From IMG/VR virus record IMGVR_UViG_2799112923_000001: 64,000 bases of DNA, one strand, 5' to 3'. Below the pieces are notes generated by a model. The model saw nothing but the letters and a program-made list of their open reading frames with translations. It did not search any database and was not told where the DNA came from. Below, piece after piece: positions 29,848 through 40,075 of the stretch. The stretch comes from a virus (Duplodnaviria; Heunggongvirae; Uroviricota; Caudoviricetes). Position 1 is the stretch's first letter, and every line of letters starts with the position of its first letter. The position numbers were made by a program, and so were the translations under genes.

Positions 29848-30044
29848 ATCCACCCATTATGTTTCTTAATTTCGGAATATGATTCATCTTCCGACCTACC
29901 CTGAATAACCTGCATTAACTTTTCTTTGTTAAATGCTCGTTTCTTTCTGTGTTTGATTTTCTTCATCTGTGACCAGGCCTTTTGCCCTTGTTCAATTCTA
30001 TTTTTACTATGGTCGCCAAATCTCTTACGAACTTGCTTACTCAT
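29838..30044 (-). CDS. Small basic protein
   Basis: K/R-rich, 68 aa, ATGA-coupled. Confidence 0.55.
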   Translation of the reverse strand: MSKQVRKRFGDHSKNRIEQGQKAWSQMKKIKHRKKRAFNKEKLMQVIQGRSEDESYSEIKKHNGWIVR

Positions 30045-30433
30045 TTGAGCAAACCTCCATTTTTCAACAATGGTTCAACGATATGCCACTTATCCGGGTG
30101 GTATTTCTTACATGTTTCTGCTGCGTTCAACAAAGAATGTGGTTTTGTATAGCCACTTGCTTCCCAATCGCAAATTGCTTCAATCCAATTCACCTGGTCA
30201 TCTGTTTTTCCTGTGATATGGTGCGATTTCAATGTATGTTCTTTCTTGACCTGTGAATATGGAACACCAATCAACAGTTTGAATGGCTTTTCTATATCGT
30301 GTAATGGGAAAATCTTGTGATAATGTTTAATAGCAACAAGATTAACTGCTACATAGTGAGCAAACCAATATACGAAGGAAAGCAAACGATGTTCTCTCCA
30401 ATGTTCGGGAATAGGAATGATATTTTTGTTCAT
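30041..30433 (-). CDS. HD-like hypothetical protein
   Basis: LHDIEK, SHH, EAICDW motifs; start trimmed to MNKNII. Confidence 0.45.
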   Translation of the reverse strand: MNKNIIPIPEHWREHRLLSFVYWFAHYVAVNLVAIKHYHKIFPLHDIEKPFKLLIGVPYSQVKKEHTLKSHHITGKTDDQVNWIEAICDWEASGYTKPHSLLNAAETCKKYHPDKWHIVEPLLKNGGLLK

Positions 30434-30460
30434 AAATGTTTCCTTTTTGTTTACATTTAT

Positions 30461-30532
30461 AATATAGCAAATTTTAGTCAGTTCGTCAATATAAAAAATA
30501 GCCATATTTGTAAATAATTGTTTACATAAATA
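30461..30532. promoter_or_regulatory. Early promoter (minus), palindrome and late promoter (plus)
   Basis: TTGACG-N17-TATATT on minus; TGTAAA-N6-TTTACA 30509-30526; CATAAATA 30525-30532. Confidence 0.65.
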
Positions 30533-30537
30533 GGATT

Positions 30538-31359
30538 ATGAATATCGCAATCGTAGCATTAGCCAAAAATGAAGAATTTTACATTGAAGAATGGTTAGAT
30601 TATTACAGAAAACTGGGTGTTTCAAAATTTTACATTTTTGATAACAATGAAGTTGGCAATAATGATTTACAAGAATTGTTAAAAAATGTTTACGATGTGG
30701 AATTGATAGATATTCGTGGAAGAACTAAACTGGAAGAAATGGATTTTCAGCATGGGTGCTACAAATTTGCGTATGATAAGTATTCTTCGCAGTTTGATTA
30801 CATAGGATTTTTTGATATTGACGAATTTTTGTATTTGTGTGATAAAACAATTCCTGAATGGTTAAATGAACATACAGAATTTGCTGATACTGATATAATC
30901 AAATTTAATTGGTTAATCTATGGTGATAACGAACAACTAAAATATGAACCAAAACCTGTTCAAGAAAGATTTACAATTCCTTGCCACCCATTATGTTGTT
31001 ATCGTCATGACTTTCCTGAGAGTTATCATATAAAATGTTTGGTGAAATGTGGAAAGAAAATGATTTCGTCAAACTGCCATTCTTTTTATTTGGAAAATGG
31101 AATTTGTAAAGCCACAGATGGTAAAATTACAGATATGTTAAGTAATGTTTATACACAACCATTTTTCAAGTATGGATATGTGAAACATTATATGACTAAA
31201 TCAGTAGAAGAATTTATCCAAAAGAAATGTATTACACCAAGTGATGCGGAATATAAACATCCACGAAATGCTGATAAATGGATTGATTTGTTTTTTACTA
31301 TAAATGAAGATACAAGTGAGAAACGAAAGATAATCAGTTCATTATTAAATAAAAAATAA
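30538..31359 (+). CDS. Glycosyltransferase (paralog of 1237-2103)
   Basis: VALAKNEEFYIEEW, FFDIDEF, YGDN, KHYMTKS.EEFI. Confidence 0.8.
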   Translation: MNIAIVALAKNEEFYIEEWLDYYRKLGVSKFYIFDNNEVGNNDLQELLKNVYDVELIDIRGRTKLEEMDFQHGCYKFAYDKYSSQFDYIGFFDIDEFLYLCDKTIPEWLNEHTEFADTDIIKFNWLIYGDNEQLKYEPKPVQERFTIPCHPLCCYRHDFPESYHIKCLVKCGKKMISSNCHSFYLENGICKATDGKITDMLSNVYTQPFFKYGYVKHYMTKSVEEFIQKKCITPSDAEYKHPRNADKWIDLFFTINEDTSEKRKIISSLLNKK

Positions 31360-31363
31360 ATCC

Positions 31364-31397
31364 AAATGGTTGACTTGCGTCAATCATTTTTTATATT
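31364..31397 (+). promoter_or_regulatory. Terminator hairpin containing an early promoter
   Basis: AAATGGTTGAC..GTCAATCATTT hairpin; TTGACT-N16-TATATT. Confidence 0.55.
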
Positions 31398-31404
31398 TTA
31401 GATT

Positions 31405-31979
31405 ATGATAGCATTTTTAGTAATTAGTTGTATAATTAGTGTGGTTATAATGGTAGTTTGTGCCGTTTATGGCACAGCACATTTTGACAAGAAATTCCAC
31501 TGGTATGATAGAGTGGGTTTAATTGCCAGTTCTTATATGCTAGTTAGTGGACTAATACTATTATTCTTATTATTAACAACTTCATTAGAGGACATATACA
31601 AATGATAACTGCAACACAAGCCGTAGAAATTTCAAATACTAACGCAGACCAAATTGAAAGAGTTTTAGACCAAAAATCCGAATTTTGGAAGAAGGTATTA
31701 CACTTACTAGACGAAGCTATGCATCATGGGAAAAGAGAAGTTTCCATTGTGATAGAACCATCAAATGATTTAGCAAACATTTATACTGTATTACGATACA
31801 ATGGATATAAGTTAAAGTTTTTTAGATATATTCAGGGTAATTATATGAACCCAGGTTCAATAGAACCTGTACAAGGTGATGTAATAATAAATCCCGATAC
31901 TTGTTATACAAATCCTGAAGAATATGATAAAACTAAATTATATTATCCTAAGGATTTTTCAGTAGAAGTGAGTTGGTAA
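31405..31979 (+). CDS. Membrane protein (31405-31605) and hypothetical protein (31602-31979)
   Basis: Coupled ORFs. Confidence 0.6.
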
Positions 31980-32300
31980 TGTATAGACATCATATAGCAA
32001 ACGAATTATTTCGGATTATCACCAAGTTTTCGTCAACGAATAATTGACGATGCAAGAGCTGATACATTATGTTGGACTAATCGTTATAACACAAACGATA
32101 AAGATTTTGTAGAAGCCACATTTTTGTGGTATTTAGCCCGTGGTCTAAATAATGTTTGTAAAAAAGTTAATATAACTACCGGTGTAGCATTACAAACTTA
32201 TCAAAATATAACACTACAAAGAATTGAAGATTATTACGAAAAAGAATTTAACGAACAATTACAACGAATAAGTTATAAGGATTCTCCATTATGGCTGTAA
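31979..32300 (+). CDS. Hypothetical protein, 106 aa with +1 shift at 32012 (absent from ORF track)
   Basis: TAATG-coupled start MYRHHIANELF, extra C, then GLSPSFRQRII.. open for 95 codons. Confidence 0.7.
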
Positions 32301-32311
32301 AAAAGAATACA

Positions 32312-32690
32312 ATGAAAACAGTATTTTCTCGGTAATTTGAGAAACATCCCAGATTTAGCAAAAGCATATTTGTTTAGTGTTTCAATTTACAACAAGAAAA
32401 CAAAGAGAACAGAAGTTGATTTGAATATCAGATGTAAGAGAGTTACATTTGAAAGGAACTTGTATTTTGACGAATATCAAGATTTCTATGTAAGCAGATA
32501 TTTTGATAATTTGGATGACGATACAACATTCAAAGTTACCATAAATTTCTACGATTCCAAATTACAGAAAGTTGTTTATAAGACTGTATTGGATAATATG
32601 AAATTCTATCGTGAACCATTTATGGATTTAGACCAAACAAGTTCGGATAAAATACAAGTTTTGGTTAAAATGATTGAAGAAAAACAATAA
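32312..32690 (+). CDS. Hypothetical protein (weakly tail-tube-like), 125 aa with +1 shift at 32330
   Basis: ATG AAA ACA GTA TTT TCT C GGT AAT TTG AGA.. joins ORF 32337; DLAKAYLF.V.I and F.E..DF.V..YF. Confidence 0.55.
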
Positions 32691-33550
32691 TGAAAAATAG
32701 ATTTGTATTAGTTTGTAAAGAATGGGAAGACCGAGCAGTTCCAGTATATGTAAAACATATTGACAATGACAAAGATTGTTTTAATGGATATAACATTACT
32801 GAAGATATAGAACAAGCCCAACGATTTACAGAGAAAGAAGCATATAAGTGGTCTAATGAAATCTATGACAGTTATTGTGATGAATTTGAGGTCATGAGAT
32901 ATGGCTAAAAAGTTTGATATAAAAAATGTTTCAATGGTATTTTTGCCATTTGTGCCAGCTCATGTTGAGTATTTTAAAGATGGCAGACCAATTTTAGCCA
33001 AATTAAAAAATGGCAGTTGGGATATAATTTATTATTATGAAACAAACGATTCCAAATTTGAAAATGGAAAAGAAATAAAATTTACGATACACAAGTATTC
33101 AAGTACAGATTGTGAAACTTGTTGGAAAGATGAAGATATAGAATACTGGGCACAATTACCCAAATTGGAGAAAAAATGACTGCAGACGAATGGCAAAAGC
33201 AATTTGAAGAATTATGGAAACAGGTGTTTGACCCTGATGTACAAAATGTAAGAATTCATTTTACTAATTTTGGTCGCCGACAGATTTTAGTGGATAAAAC
33301 AGGTCCGGTTGAATTAAAGCCTGAAATTAAAGATGAAAATGGGCATACCATTTATGAAACCGAATATCATAAAGATAATGAATGGGGTTTCAAGGATTTT
33401 GTACCATACAGAAGTGAGAGCCATAGAGTCTGGCGAAAGACTGAAAAAGGTTGGGATTTATACACACCAATGTATAAAATTGATTGTGATAATGGCGAAC
33501 AATATACAATATATCAAGAAGCACCAAAAGAATTTTTAACAGGAGAATAA
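32690..33550 (+). CDS. Three hypothetical proteins (32690-32908, 32901-33179, 33176-33550)
   Basis: Coupled ORFs. Confidence 0.6.
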
Positions 33551-33551
33551 A

Positions 33552-34046
33552 ATGAGTGATTTAGAATTACTAACAAGCAAACTTAATGAATTTGGGTATG
33601 GTTATAGAATTGAAAGCCCAAGAAATTTAGATACAGAAGCCAATATGGTAGTTATTGCCAAATCTTCAAAATCATTGGTACACCATTTCTATTTCAATAA
33701 TGACAAGTATGTAAGAAGTGATACTGGTTCAATATCTATTGTTGAAATTGTACATAAAGATTTTGACGATGCTTTGAATTTCATTGGCAGTTTGCCACCA
33801 GATAGAGAAATAACTGAATATTCTCGTTGGAAGCATTTTAAGGGAACAATAGCCGAAGTTATCACTGTAGCCAAACATAGTGAAACAGGTGAAGAAATGG
33901 TTGTGTACAGATGTTCAGGAAATCATGGACAAACTAATCATACAGATGGTGTATATGCCAGACCAAAGGATATGTTCTTATCCGAAGTAGACCATGTAAA
34001 ATACCCAAATGTTAATACAAAATATCGCTTAACAAAGATGGTATAA
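33552..34046 (+). CDS. DUF1653-like domain protein
   Basis: WKHFKG...V...A.HSETGEEMVVY....YARP..MF.S.VD..KYP. Confidence 0.75.
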   Translation: MSDLELLTSKLNEFGYGYRIESPRNLDTEANMVVIAKSSKSLVHHFYFNNDKYVRSDTGSISIVEIVHKDFDDALNFIGSLPPDREITEYSRWKHFKGTIAEVITVAKHSETGEEMVVYRCSGNHGQTNHTDGVYARPKDMFLSEVDHVKYPNVNTKYRLTKMV

Positions 34047-34153
34047 TATGATTAAAGCAATAACAGAAATGCTACCGTGGGGTGTAGTTGGTGCTATGAT
34101 ACCGATTACATTCTTAACTATATTCTTTGCTGGATTATTCCTATTGAGTTAAT

Positions 34154-34567
34154 ATGATAACGATTGCTATAATTTTTATACTTTCGCTAGTCGCTTTATA
34201 TGCGGTATTTAGGCCTTCCGAAGATTTAACCTTCAAAGCCAAAGATACACATAATATGGTTACTATTAAAACAGTAGAAAAGCAAAAGAAACGAATACAG
34301 AAACTATTAGAACAAGAAGATAAAGAAGATGAACGTCATTATAAAATGTTAAAGAAAATGATTGCTAAGGAAGCGAAAACTGGCAGTACATCTTTATATT
34401 ATAATGAATCTTGGGTATTTAATGAAGTAATTTCATATAGAGTAAAAGACCGACTGCGAGCAGAGGGTTTTAGAGTAAAAGATTACAAAAATAAATATAA
34501 AGTAAGAAATGGATTCGGAAATACCTGGGAAGAATCCGAATACGGATTTTGGGTATACTGGGATTAG
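34154..34567 (+). CDS. Hypothetical protein with N-terminal membrane anchor
   Basis: Hydrophobic N-terminus. Confidence 0.55.
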   Translation: MITIAIIFILSLVALYAVFRPSEDLTFKAKDTHNMVTIKTVEKQKKRIQKLLEQEDKEDERHYKMLKKMIAKEAKTGSTSLYYNESWVFNEVISYRVKDRLRAEGFRVKDYKNKYKVRNGFGNTWEESEYGFWVYWD

Positions 34568-34571
34568 AATT

Positions 34572-34608
34572 AAAGACCAAATGAAAATTTGGTCTTTTCT
34601 TATAAATA
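34572..34608 (+). promoter_or_regulatory. Terminator followed by late promoter heading leader-family cluster 2
   Basis: AAGACCAAAT..ATTTGGTCTT hairpin; TATAAATA 34601-34608. Confidence 0.65.
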
Positions 34609-34735
34609 CTATAAATGCTAATGATTGACCCATATTTACTTGTAAAGTTCATACTAATAGGCCTGCTAGTTAGTGGTCTAATTTCTTTGGGTTGGATAGG
34701 ATTAAAAACACTATTTAAAAAGATAGGAAAGTAGT

Positions 34736-35206
34736 ATGAATTTGACAGAAGCAGAAGAAATCTTAAAGCAGCATAACTACATAATGCTTGAAGATAAGTA
34801 TATGGATGATATGGATGATGAACTTGACTCTACTATATCATTCAGCACCATTAAGAACATAGTTGAAAAGAAGTATAAGACTGAAATCAAAAACGGCGAA
34901 CTTTACGCATATCCATTTGAGGACAAGAAAAATATTCAGATTAGAATTGACTCACGCGGAAGAAATTCTGTATGCAGCATTTTCGGTGTTTACTTGGTTG
35001 ACTCAAATGGCGAAACATATACCGTCAAGAAGAACTATAAGTATTATGTGACAAAGAAAAATCCTGAATGCCATTATCTAGGAAAGGATAATGGCTACAT
35101 GGAAGAATACGGTGGTGCTGAAGAAGAAATCCTTAAACCTGTTGAAGAAGCACTAGCAAAAATGAATAAGCCAGGTTTCTTTAAGAGAGTTTTTAAAAGA
35201 GGTTAA
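34736..35206 (+). CDS. Leader-family protein
   Basis: MNLTEAEEILKQHNYIMLE. Confidence 0.65.
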   Translation: MNLTEAEEILKQHNYIMLEDKYMDDMDDELDSTISFSTIKNIVEKKYKTEIKNGELYAYPFEDKKNIQIRIDSRGRNSVCSIFGVYLVDSNGETYTVKKNYKYYVTKKNPECHYLGKDNGYMEEYGGAEEEILKPVEEALAKMNKPGFFKRVFKRG

Positions 35207-35207
35207 T

Positions 35208-35612
35208 ATGAATTTAACAGAAGCAAAAAAGATTTTGAATGATAATGGTTATAAAGTAGAACTAAATGAAATTAAAAAATCCACTATTACAGAAGCAAGT
35301 AAGTATGACTACGAATATGATTTGTTAAAAAGAGAGTATTTCCCAGATGCCAAAGATATTGACATTCACGCAAACAGAAGTATTAGAAGTCCATTATGGA
35401 AAACCTTATATGGTTGGGAATGTGAATTTTATTTGAATGGTAAAAGACACTGGTTCACATTTGGTAAAGGTGGATGTGGTTTTGAACCATCATTACAAGC
35501 ATACATTAGAAAATACTGCAAACTTGATTCATTTGATGATTACAAAGAAATTAAAGAAGAATATCCTGATGCTACATTAGAAGATATTAGAAATATAGCC
35601 ACAATGGGGTAA
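35208..35612 (+). CDS. Leader-family protein
   Basis: MNLTEAKKILNDNGYKVELNE. Confidence 0.65.
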   Translation: MNLTEAKKILNDNGYKVELNEIKKSTITEASKYDYEYDLLKREYFPDAKDIDIHANRSIRSPLWKTLYGWECEFYLNGKRHWFTFGKGGCGFEPSLQAYIRKYCKLDSFDDYKEIKEEYPDATLEDIRNIATMG

Positions 35613-35615
35613 AGT

Positions 35616-36332
35616 ATGGAATTATATGAAGCAAAAAAGATTTTAAATGATAAAGGTTATATTCTTGAAAAGGCTTTACCTAAATATAAACAATTTAGAT
35701 TACATTGTGAAGAAAAGTTCAATGAAATAAGTGACCAAGTTAAAGAAATAGGAATTACAGAATATAATTTAGAACCAGAACAATTTCAAATTTCTATATC
35801 TGAATCATTTTGTACTATTGGCATTTTAAGTAATGGTAAAAGGTTTCTTGTAAATCTAAGTATTGAAGATAATGGAAAGAAGTTGTATATTACAAATTAT
35901 GCAACTGAAAAACAAAAAATACTTGATATAAAAATGTTAGATAGTAATGACCTTCCTAGAATAGTGTTAGCCACTTATAATGATTTGCTTGCTAATTTAA
36001 GAGAAGCAGAAGAAGTCCTAAACAAGAATGGTTATATTTTAGAAGCATACGATGATGACTATAAAGATGACCTCGGCGATGTTGTAAATGTAATCAATAA
36101 AAAGCATGAAGTACTTGGAACAAAAGAAGTTCCAGCAGAAGAAGGCTACAAAACATATAAAATCGTAACCAAAGATAATAAATTCTATACATTGGAATTT
36201 AAAAACAAATTCTTTGAATATAGAGGTAGACTTTATCCTTGGAGATTAACACTATCTACCAGTAAATTCGGATTTGTAGTTATTGGATATAATTTAAGAC
36301 AACTAAACGATTATTTTAATAAAGTAAAATAG
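35616..36332 (+). CDS. Leader-family protein with a second internal leader
   Basis: MELYEAKKILNDKGYILE and internal NLREAEEVLNKNGYILE. Confidence 0.65.
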   Translation: MELYEAKKILNDKGYILEKALPKYKQFRLHCEEKFNEISDQVKEIGITEYNLEPEQFQISISESFCTIGILSNGKRFLVNLSIEDNGKKLYITNYATEKQKILDIKMLDSNDLPRIVLATYNDLLANLREAEEVLNKNGYILEAYDDDYKDDLGDVVNVINKKHEVLGTKEVPAEEGYKTYKIVTKDNKFYTLEFKNKFFEYRGRLYPWRLTLSTSKFGFVVIGYNLRQLNDYFNKVK

Positions 36333-36343
36333 GGATAGAGCTT

Positions 36344-36832
36344 ATGTGTAAATTCTGTGAAGGCTATGATAGAAAGAATAGTGGTAAATTCGCCATCTAT
36401 ATGACAAAATGGTCAGACGAAAGAGGAACTACTTTGAGTGTAGATTTTGATGGTTTTGACGAAAGCAGTGATACTGATTTTGAAGTAAACTTTTGCCCAA
36501 TGTGCGGTAAAGAACTAAAACAAGTTCAAGAATCCACAGAACTCACTGAAGCATTAGAAACATTAAAAGATAATGGCTACATTTGTGAATCCAACAAACA
36601 TTTTGAATTGTGGCAATACAAATTAAGTGTAAAGAAAGAACTAAATAAATGGTTGAAAAACAAAACTTGGTTTAAATCATTTGATTATATGAGAAGCTAT
36701 ATTAAATGGGAAATTATGGTGGATATAGTTACAGAAACTATGAAAGATTACTTTGAACAAGGAAAATCTGTTAATGACTGTGTAGAACAAATTATAGGTC
36801 TCGCAGAAGAAGCCATTAAAATAGGTGGTTAA
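36344..36832 (+). CDS. Zn-ribbon domain fused to an internal leader-family module
   Basis: MCKFC..FCPMCG then ELTEALETLKDNGYICE. Confidence 0.65.
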   Translation: MCKFCEGYDRKNSGKFAIYMTKWSDERGTTLSVDFDGFDESSDTDFEVNFCPMCGKELKQVQESTELTEALETLKDNGYICESNKHFELWQYKLSVKKELNKWLKNKTWFKSFDYMRSYIKWEIMVDIVTETMKDYFEQGKSVNDCVEQIIGLAEEAIKIGG

Positions 36833-36833
36833 T

Positions 36834-37199
36834 ATGGAATTGAACGAAGCTAAAGAAGTTTTAAAAGAGAATGGCTACTTAATGGAATCTTTACAGATTG
36901 ACTTCAGTACACTTGATAATGCGTTAGATTCAATGCGAAGAAATATAGAAGAAACAAAAAAGAAATTCCAAACATTGACTGACGGATTACAAGATAAGTT
37001 ATTTTCTAATATGGATGGAACACCAGACATTTATATACTCAAAGATTATCCATTTAGCGGATATAACATCGTATATGAATATGATAATTTATCTATATGC
37101 GTAAATCAATACTGGAATGTAAGAATAAATGACAAAAAATTTGAATATATGGAAAATGTAAACGAAGTAATTAAAACAATTTTGGATAATGTAAAGTAA
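36834..37199 (+). CDS. Leader-family protein
   Basis: MELNEAKEVLKENGYLME. Confidence 0.65.
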   Translation: MELNEAKEVLKENGYLMESLQIDFSTLDNALDSMRRNIEETKKKFQTLTDGLQDKLFSNMDGTPDIYILKDYPFSGYNIVYEYDNLSICVNQYWNVRINDKKFEYMENVNEVIKTILDNVK

Positions 37200-37200
37200 T

Positions 37201-37476
37201 ATGAGATTAGATGAAGCATTAGAGATTTTACATAACGAAGGTTATTTGACTGAAGAACATATTGCCAAAGTCGGTTCTAAACTTCGTATAGATTTTGACA
37301 AATATAAAATCGTAACCAGACGAGCACTTGATAAAGCAGTTGACGAAATAGGTAAACATATTGCTGATGATTATACTGTATGGTTTCCTGACGGATATGA
37401 AAAATCACACTTGAAAGATTACTTGCGTGAAGAAATCCAAAAATACATACAAGAGAATATAGAGGTTTTGGTATGA
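37201..37476 (+). CDS. Leader-family protein
   Basis: MRLDEALEILHNEGYLTEE. Confidence 0.65.
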   Translation: MRLDEALEILHNEGYLTEEHIAKVGSKLRIDFDKYKIVTRRALDKAVDEIGKHIADDYTVWFPDGYEKSHLKDYLREEIQKYIQENIEVLV

Positions 37477-37754
37477 GATTAGACGAAGCAAAAGAAGTAT
37501 TGAAAGAACATGGTTTTATTTGTGAATCAGCAAGTAAAGAAATCTACAATGTACTTTCACGAAATTATGATGTAGTAGATGAATACAGTGATAGTCAATT
37601 TAGAACAACATTTACTTGTAAAACAAAAGGTGTTCGTAAGGCTGACAGATATTTAATGACATCTAAAGGTGGATTGGCTATAAGAAAGGGCGACCAATGG
37701 GTTCTTATTGCTAACGATTTAGCAGAAATTGAAGATTATTTTGCTAATAGATAA
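37473..37754 (+). CDS. Leader-family protein
   Basis: MRLDEAKEVLKEHGFICE. Confidence 0.65.
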   Translation: MRLDEAKEVLKEHGFICESASKEIYNVLSRNYDVVDEYSDSQFRTTFTCKTKGVRKADRYLMTSKGGLAIRKGDQWVLIANDLAEIEDYFANR

Positions 37755-37763
37755 GGAGTTAAT

Positions 37764-38018
37764 ATGGAATTAGATGAAGCATTTGAAATTTTAAAAGAAA
37801 ATCGTTATATGGTTGAATCTACCAGAGAAGAAATCATACAACACTGCGATGAAGTCATAGAAGAATTAAAAACAAGTGAATATGGTGAACTTGATATAGG
37901 TTTTGATACTGAAGCAGACCGAGATATTGCTACTGCATATCTTGATTCAATAGATTATCCTTGGGATTATTGTGAAGGCGAGGATGACGAACCAGCAATA
38001 GCAATTTATAAGAACTAA
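37764..38018 (+). CDS. Leader-family protein
   Basis: MELDEAFEILKENRYMVE. Confidence 0.65.
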   Translation: MELDEAFEILKENRYMVESTREEIIQHCDEVIEELKTSEYGELDIGFDTEADRDIATAYLDSIDYPWDYCEGEDDEPAIAIYKN

Positions 38019-38049
38019 TACATATAACATTGTTTAAGAGATTGGTGAG

Positions 38050-38718
38050 ATGAGTGAAGTTAAAGAAGAAGTAGTAATAACAATGACTTCGTGGAAAAAG
38101 CGAATAAATGATGTATCAAAAACAATTTATTCACTTTTAAGAAACACATATAAGCCTAGAAGTATAGAATTAAATTTGGCTGAAGAAGAGTTCCCATTAA
38201 AAGAGAAAGAACTACCTGAAGATTTATTGTTATTAAAGAATGAAGGATTGGTAAACATAAACTGGTGTTATAGAAATGTAAAAACATTTAAGAAAGTTTT
38301 ACCAACAGTATTGAAATACTATAATGAAAAAGATTTACTAATCATGTCAGCCGATGATGATGTAGAATATCAGCCGGATATAATAGAAAAATTTGTAGAA
38401 TTACATAAGAAAAATCCTGACGCATTTATAGCATTTAGAAACCAACAAGGAGAATTTAGAGGACAACCTTGTACAAATGGTGGTGCGACATTATATAAAG
38501 TAAGTTTTTTCAGTGATATATTTTTTAAGATACCTGAATGTGTTATCCAAACAAATGAAGATGACTGGTGGTATAGTTATTGTTTTTGGAAAACAGGTGG
38601 AAGAAAAGCTGTGTTTAGTGGAATACAATTAAAATTCTTTAATCAAGATACTGGTAGTCTTAAAAATGGTCTATATAATACAATTAGAACAAAAAAATTA
38701 TTGTTGAGTTTGGGGTGA
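38050..38718 (+). CDS. Glycosyltransferase family 2-like
   Basis: ITMTSWKKRI, LP..L, FKK.LP, SADDD, NEDDWW. Confidence 0.7.
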   Translation: MSEVKEEVVITMTSWKKRINDVSKTIYSLLRNTYKPRSIELNLAEEEFPLKEKELPEDLLLLKNEGLVNINWCYRNVKTFKKVLPTVLKYYNEKDLLIMSADDDVEYQPDIIEKFVELHKKNPDAFIAFRNQQGEFRGQPCTNGGATLYKVSFFSDIFFKIPECVIQTNEDDWWYSYCFWKTGGRKAVFSGIQLKFFNQDTGSLKNGLYNTIRTKKLLLSLG

Positions 38719-38719
38719 T

Positions 38720-39457
38720 ATGACAAAAGATACAGTTATAGTTAGTTTAACTACACATTCAATTAGAGTTGCTCAGGTTGCTAAAACAGCCATTTTTTCT
38801 ATTTTACAAAACACTTATAAAGATGTTCATATCGTTCTTACATTATACAAAGACGATTTAAAACTTATTCCTGAGGATTTACAGTTGTTGATTGAAGCTG
38901 GAATGGTAGAATTAATAGTTGCTGATAAAGATTTAGGACCTCACTTGAAGTATTTTTATGCTATGCAGAAATATAGGGATAAACCAGTTATTACGATTGA
39001 CGATGATGTTATCTATCCTGAAAATATGATTGAAGAAATGGTAAATGCCTATAAGAAATATAATTGTATAATTGGTAGAAGATGTTATGAAATAAAATCA
39101 AATATGAATTATCATAACTGGCTTTGGACTGGACTTTCCCAAATTAAAGAACCCACACATAAGAATTTTGCTACTGGTATTGGAGGAATTTTATATCCAC
39201 CAAACTGTTTGGATTTATCAGACGATAATGTTAAAGAAATTCTAACTATTAAATATGATGATGATTTTTATTTAAAGGCTATTGAAGTTAGAAAAGACTT
39301 AAAAATTATGAGTATAATATATAATGGAGATTTATTATTTAAGAAAAATCTTAAAGACCCGTATACTCAAAGTATAGGCTTATGGAATAGTAATGTTCAT
39401 AAAGCAAATGATGGAATAAAAATGTTTGAAAGTGAATTTAGAAAATGTTTGTTATAA
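38720..39457 (+). CDS. Glycosyltransferase family 2-like
   Basis: IVSLTT...R, GPHLKY, ITIDDDVIYP, TGIGGILYPP, DDD. Confidence 0.75.
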   Translation: MTKDTVIVSLTTHSIRVAQVAKTAIFSILQNTYKDVHIVLTLYKDDLKLIPEDLQLLIEAGMVELIVADKDLGPHLKYFYAMQKYRDKPVITIDDDVIYPENMIEEMVNAYKKYNCIIGRRCYEIKSNMNYHNWLWTGLSQIKEPTHKNFATGIGGILYPPNCLDLSDDNVKEILTIKYDDDFYLKAIEVRKDLKIMSIIYNGDLLFKKNLKDPYTQSIGLWNSNVHKANDGIKMFESEFRKCLL

Positions 39458-40074
39458 GTAATAATTGTTGTGGTGGCTATCTTTATAATCATATAGGTAT
39501 AAAGTATAACAATCCTTTTATTTGGAACCGTATGACTTATGATTCAGTCTATTTTATAATGAAAAATTTTAATAAAATAGATTGGTTAGATTATAATTTT
39601 GAAAAATCTACAAGAGTAGAAAATACATTCAATATAAAAGTAGGAAATGATATAAGTATTCATTATTCACATTATGTATTTGACCCAAATGCTAATGTTA
39701 TAATTAAAAATAAAACATTTGATAAAACTAAATACGATTTTTGGCAAGGAGATGTTAAGTATTGTAAAATTTGGGAACTTATTAATGAAAAATACTTAAC
39801 TAGAACTAAAAGAATGTTAGAACTTAAAGAAGAACCAGCTTTTATAATCAGAGATGATGAAAAATATATAAAAGAACCTTCTAAAAAATATACCATCAAT
39901 GATATTATAAATGCTACAGTACCATATAAAAGAATTATCATTACAGAGAATGATAAATTAAAAACAGACAATAAACTGTGTAAAATAATTTTAGTGAAAG
40001 ATGTTTATAATGTTCACCCTGAAATTCAAATAAGAGAACATCTACAAATGATAAAGGATTTTTTAGGACTATAA
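39445..40074 (+). CDS. DUF1919-like polysaccharide-biosynthesis-associated protein
   Basis: ISNNCCGG.LY...G..YNNPFI, I.IH..HY, R..RM. Confidence 0.55.
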   Translation: MFVISNNCCGGYLYNHIGIKYNNPFIWNRMTYDSVYFIMKNFNKIDWLDYNFEKSTRVENTFNIKVGNDISIHYSHYVFDPNANVIIKNKTFDKTKYDFWQGDVKYCKIWELINEKYLTRTKRMLELKEEPAFIIRDDEKYIKEPSKKYTINDIINATVPYKRIIITENDKLKTDNKLCKIILVKDVYNVHPEIQIREHLQMIKDFLGL

Positions 40075-40075
40075 T

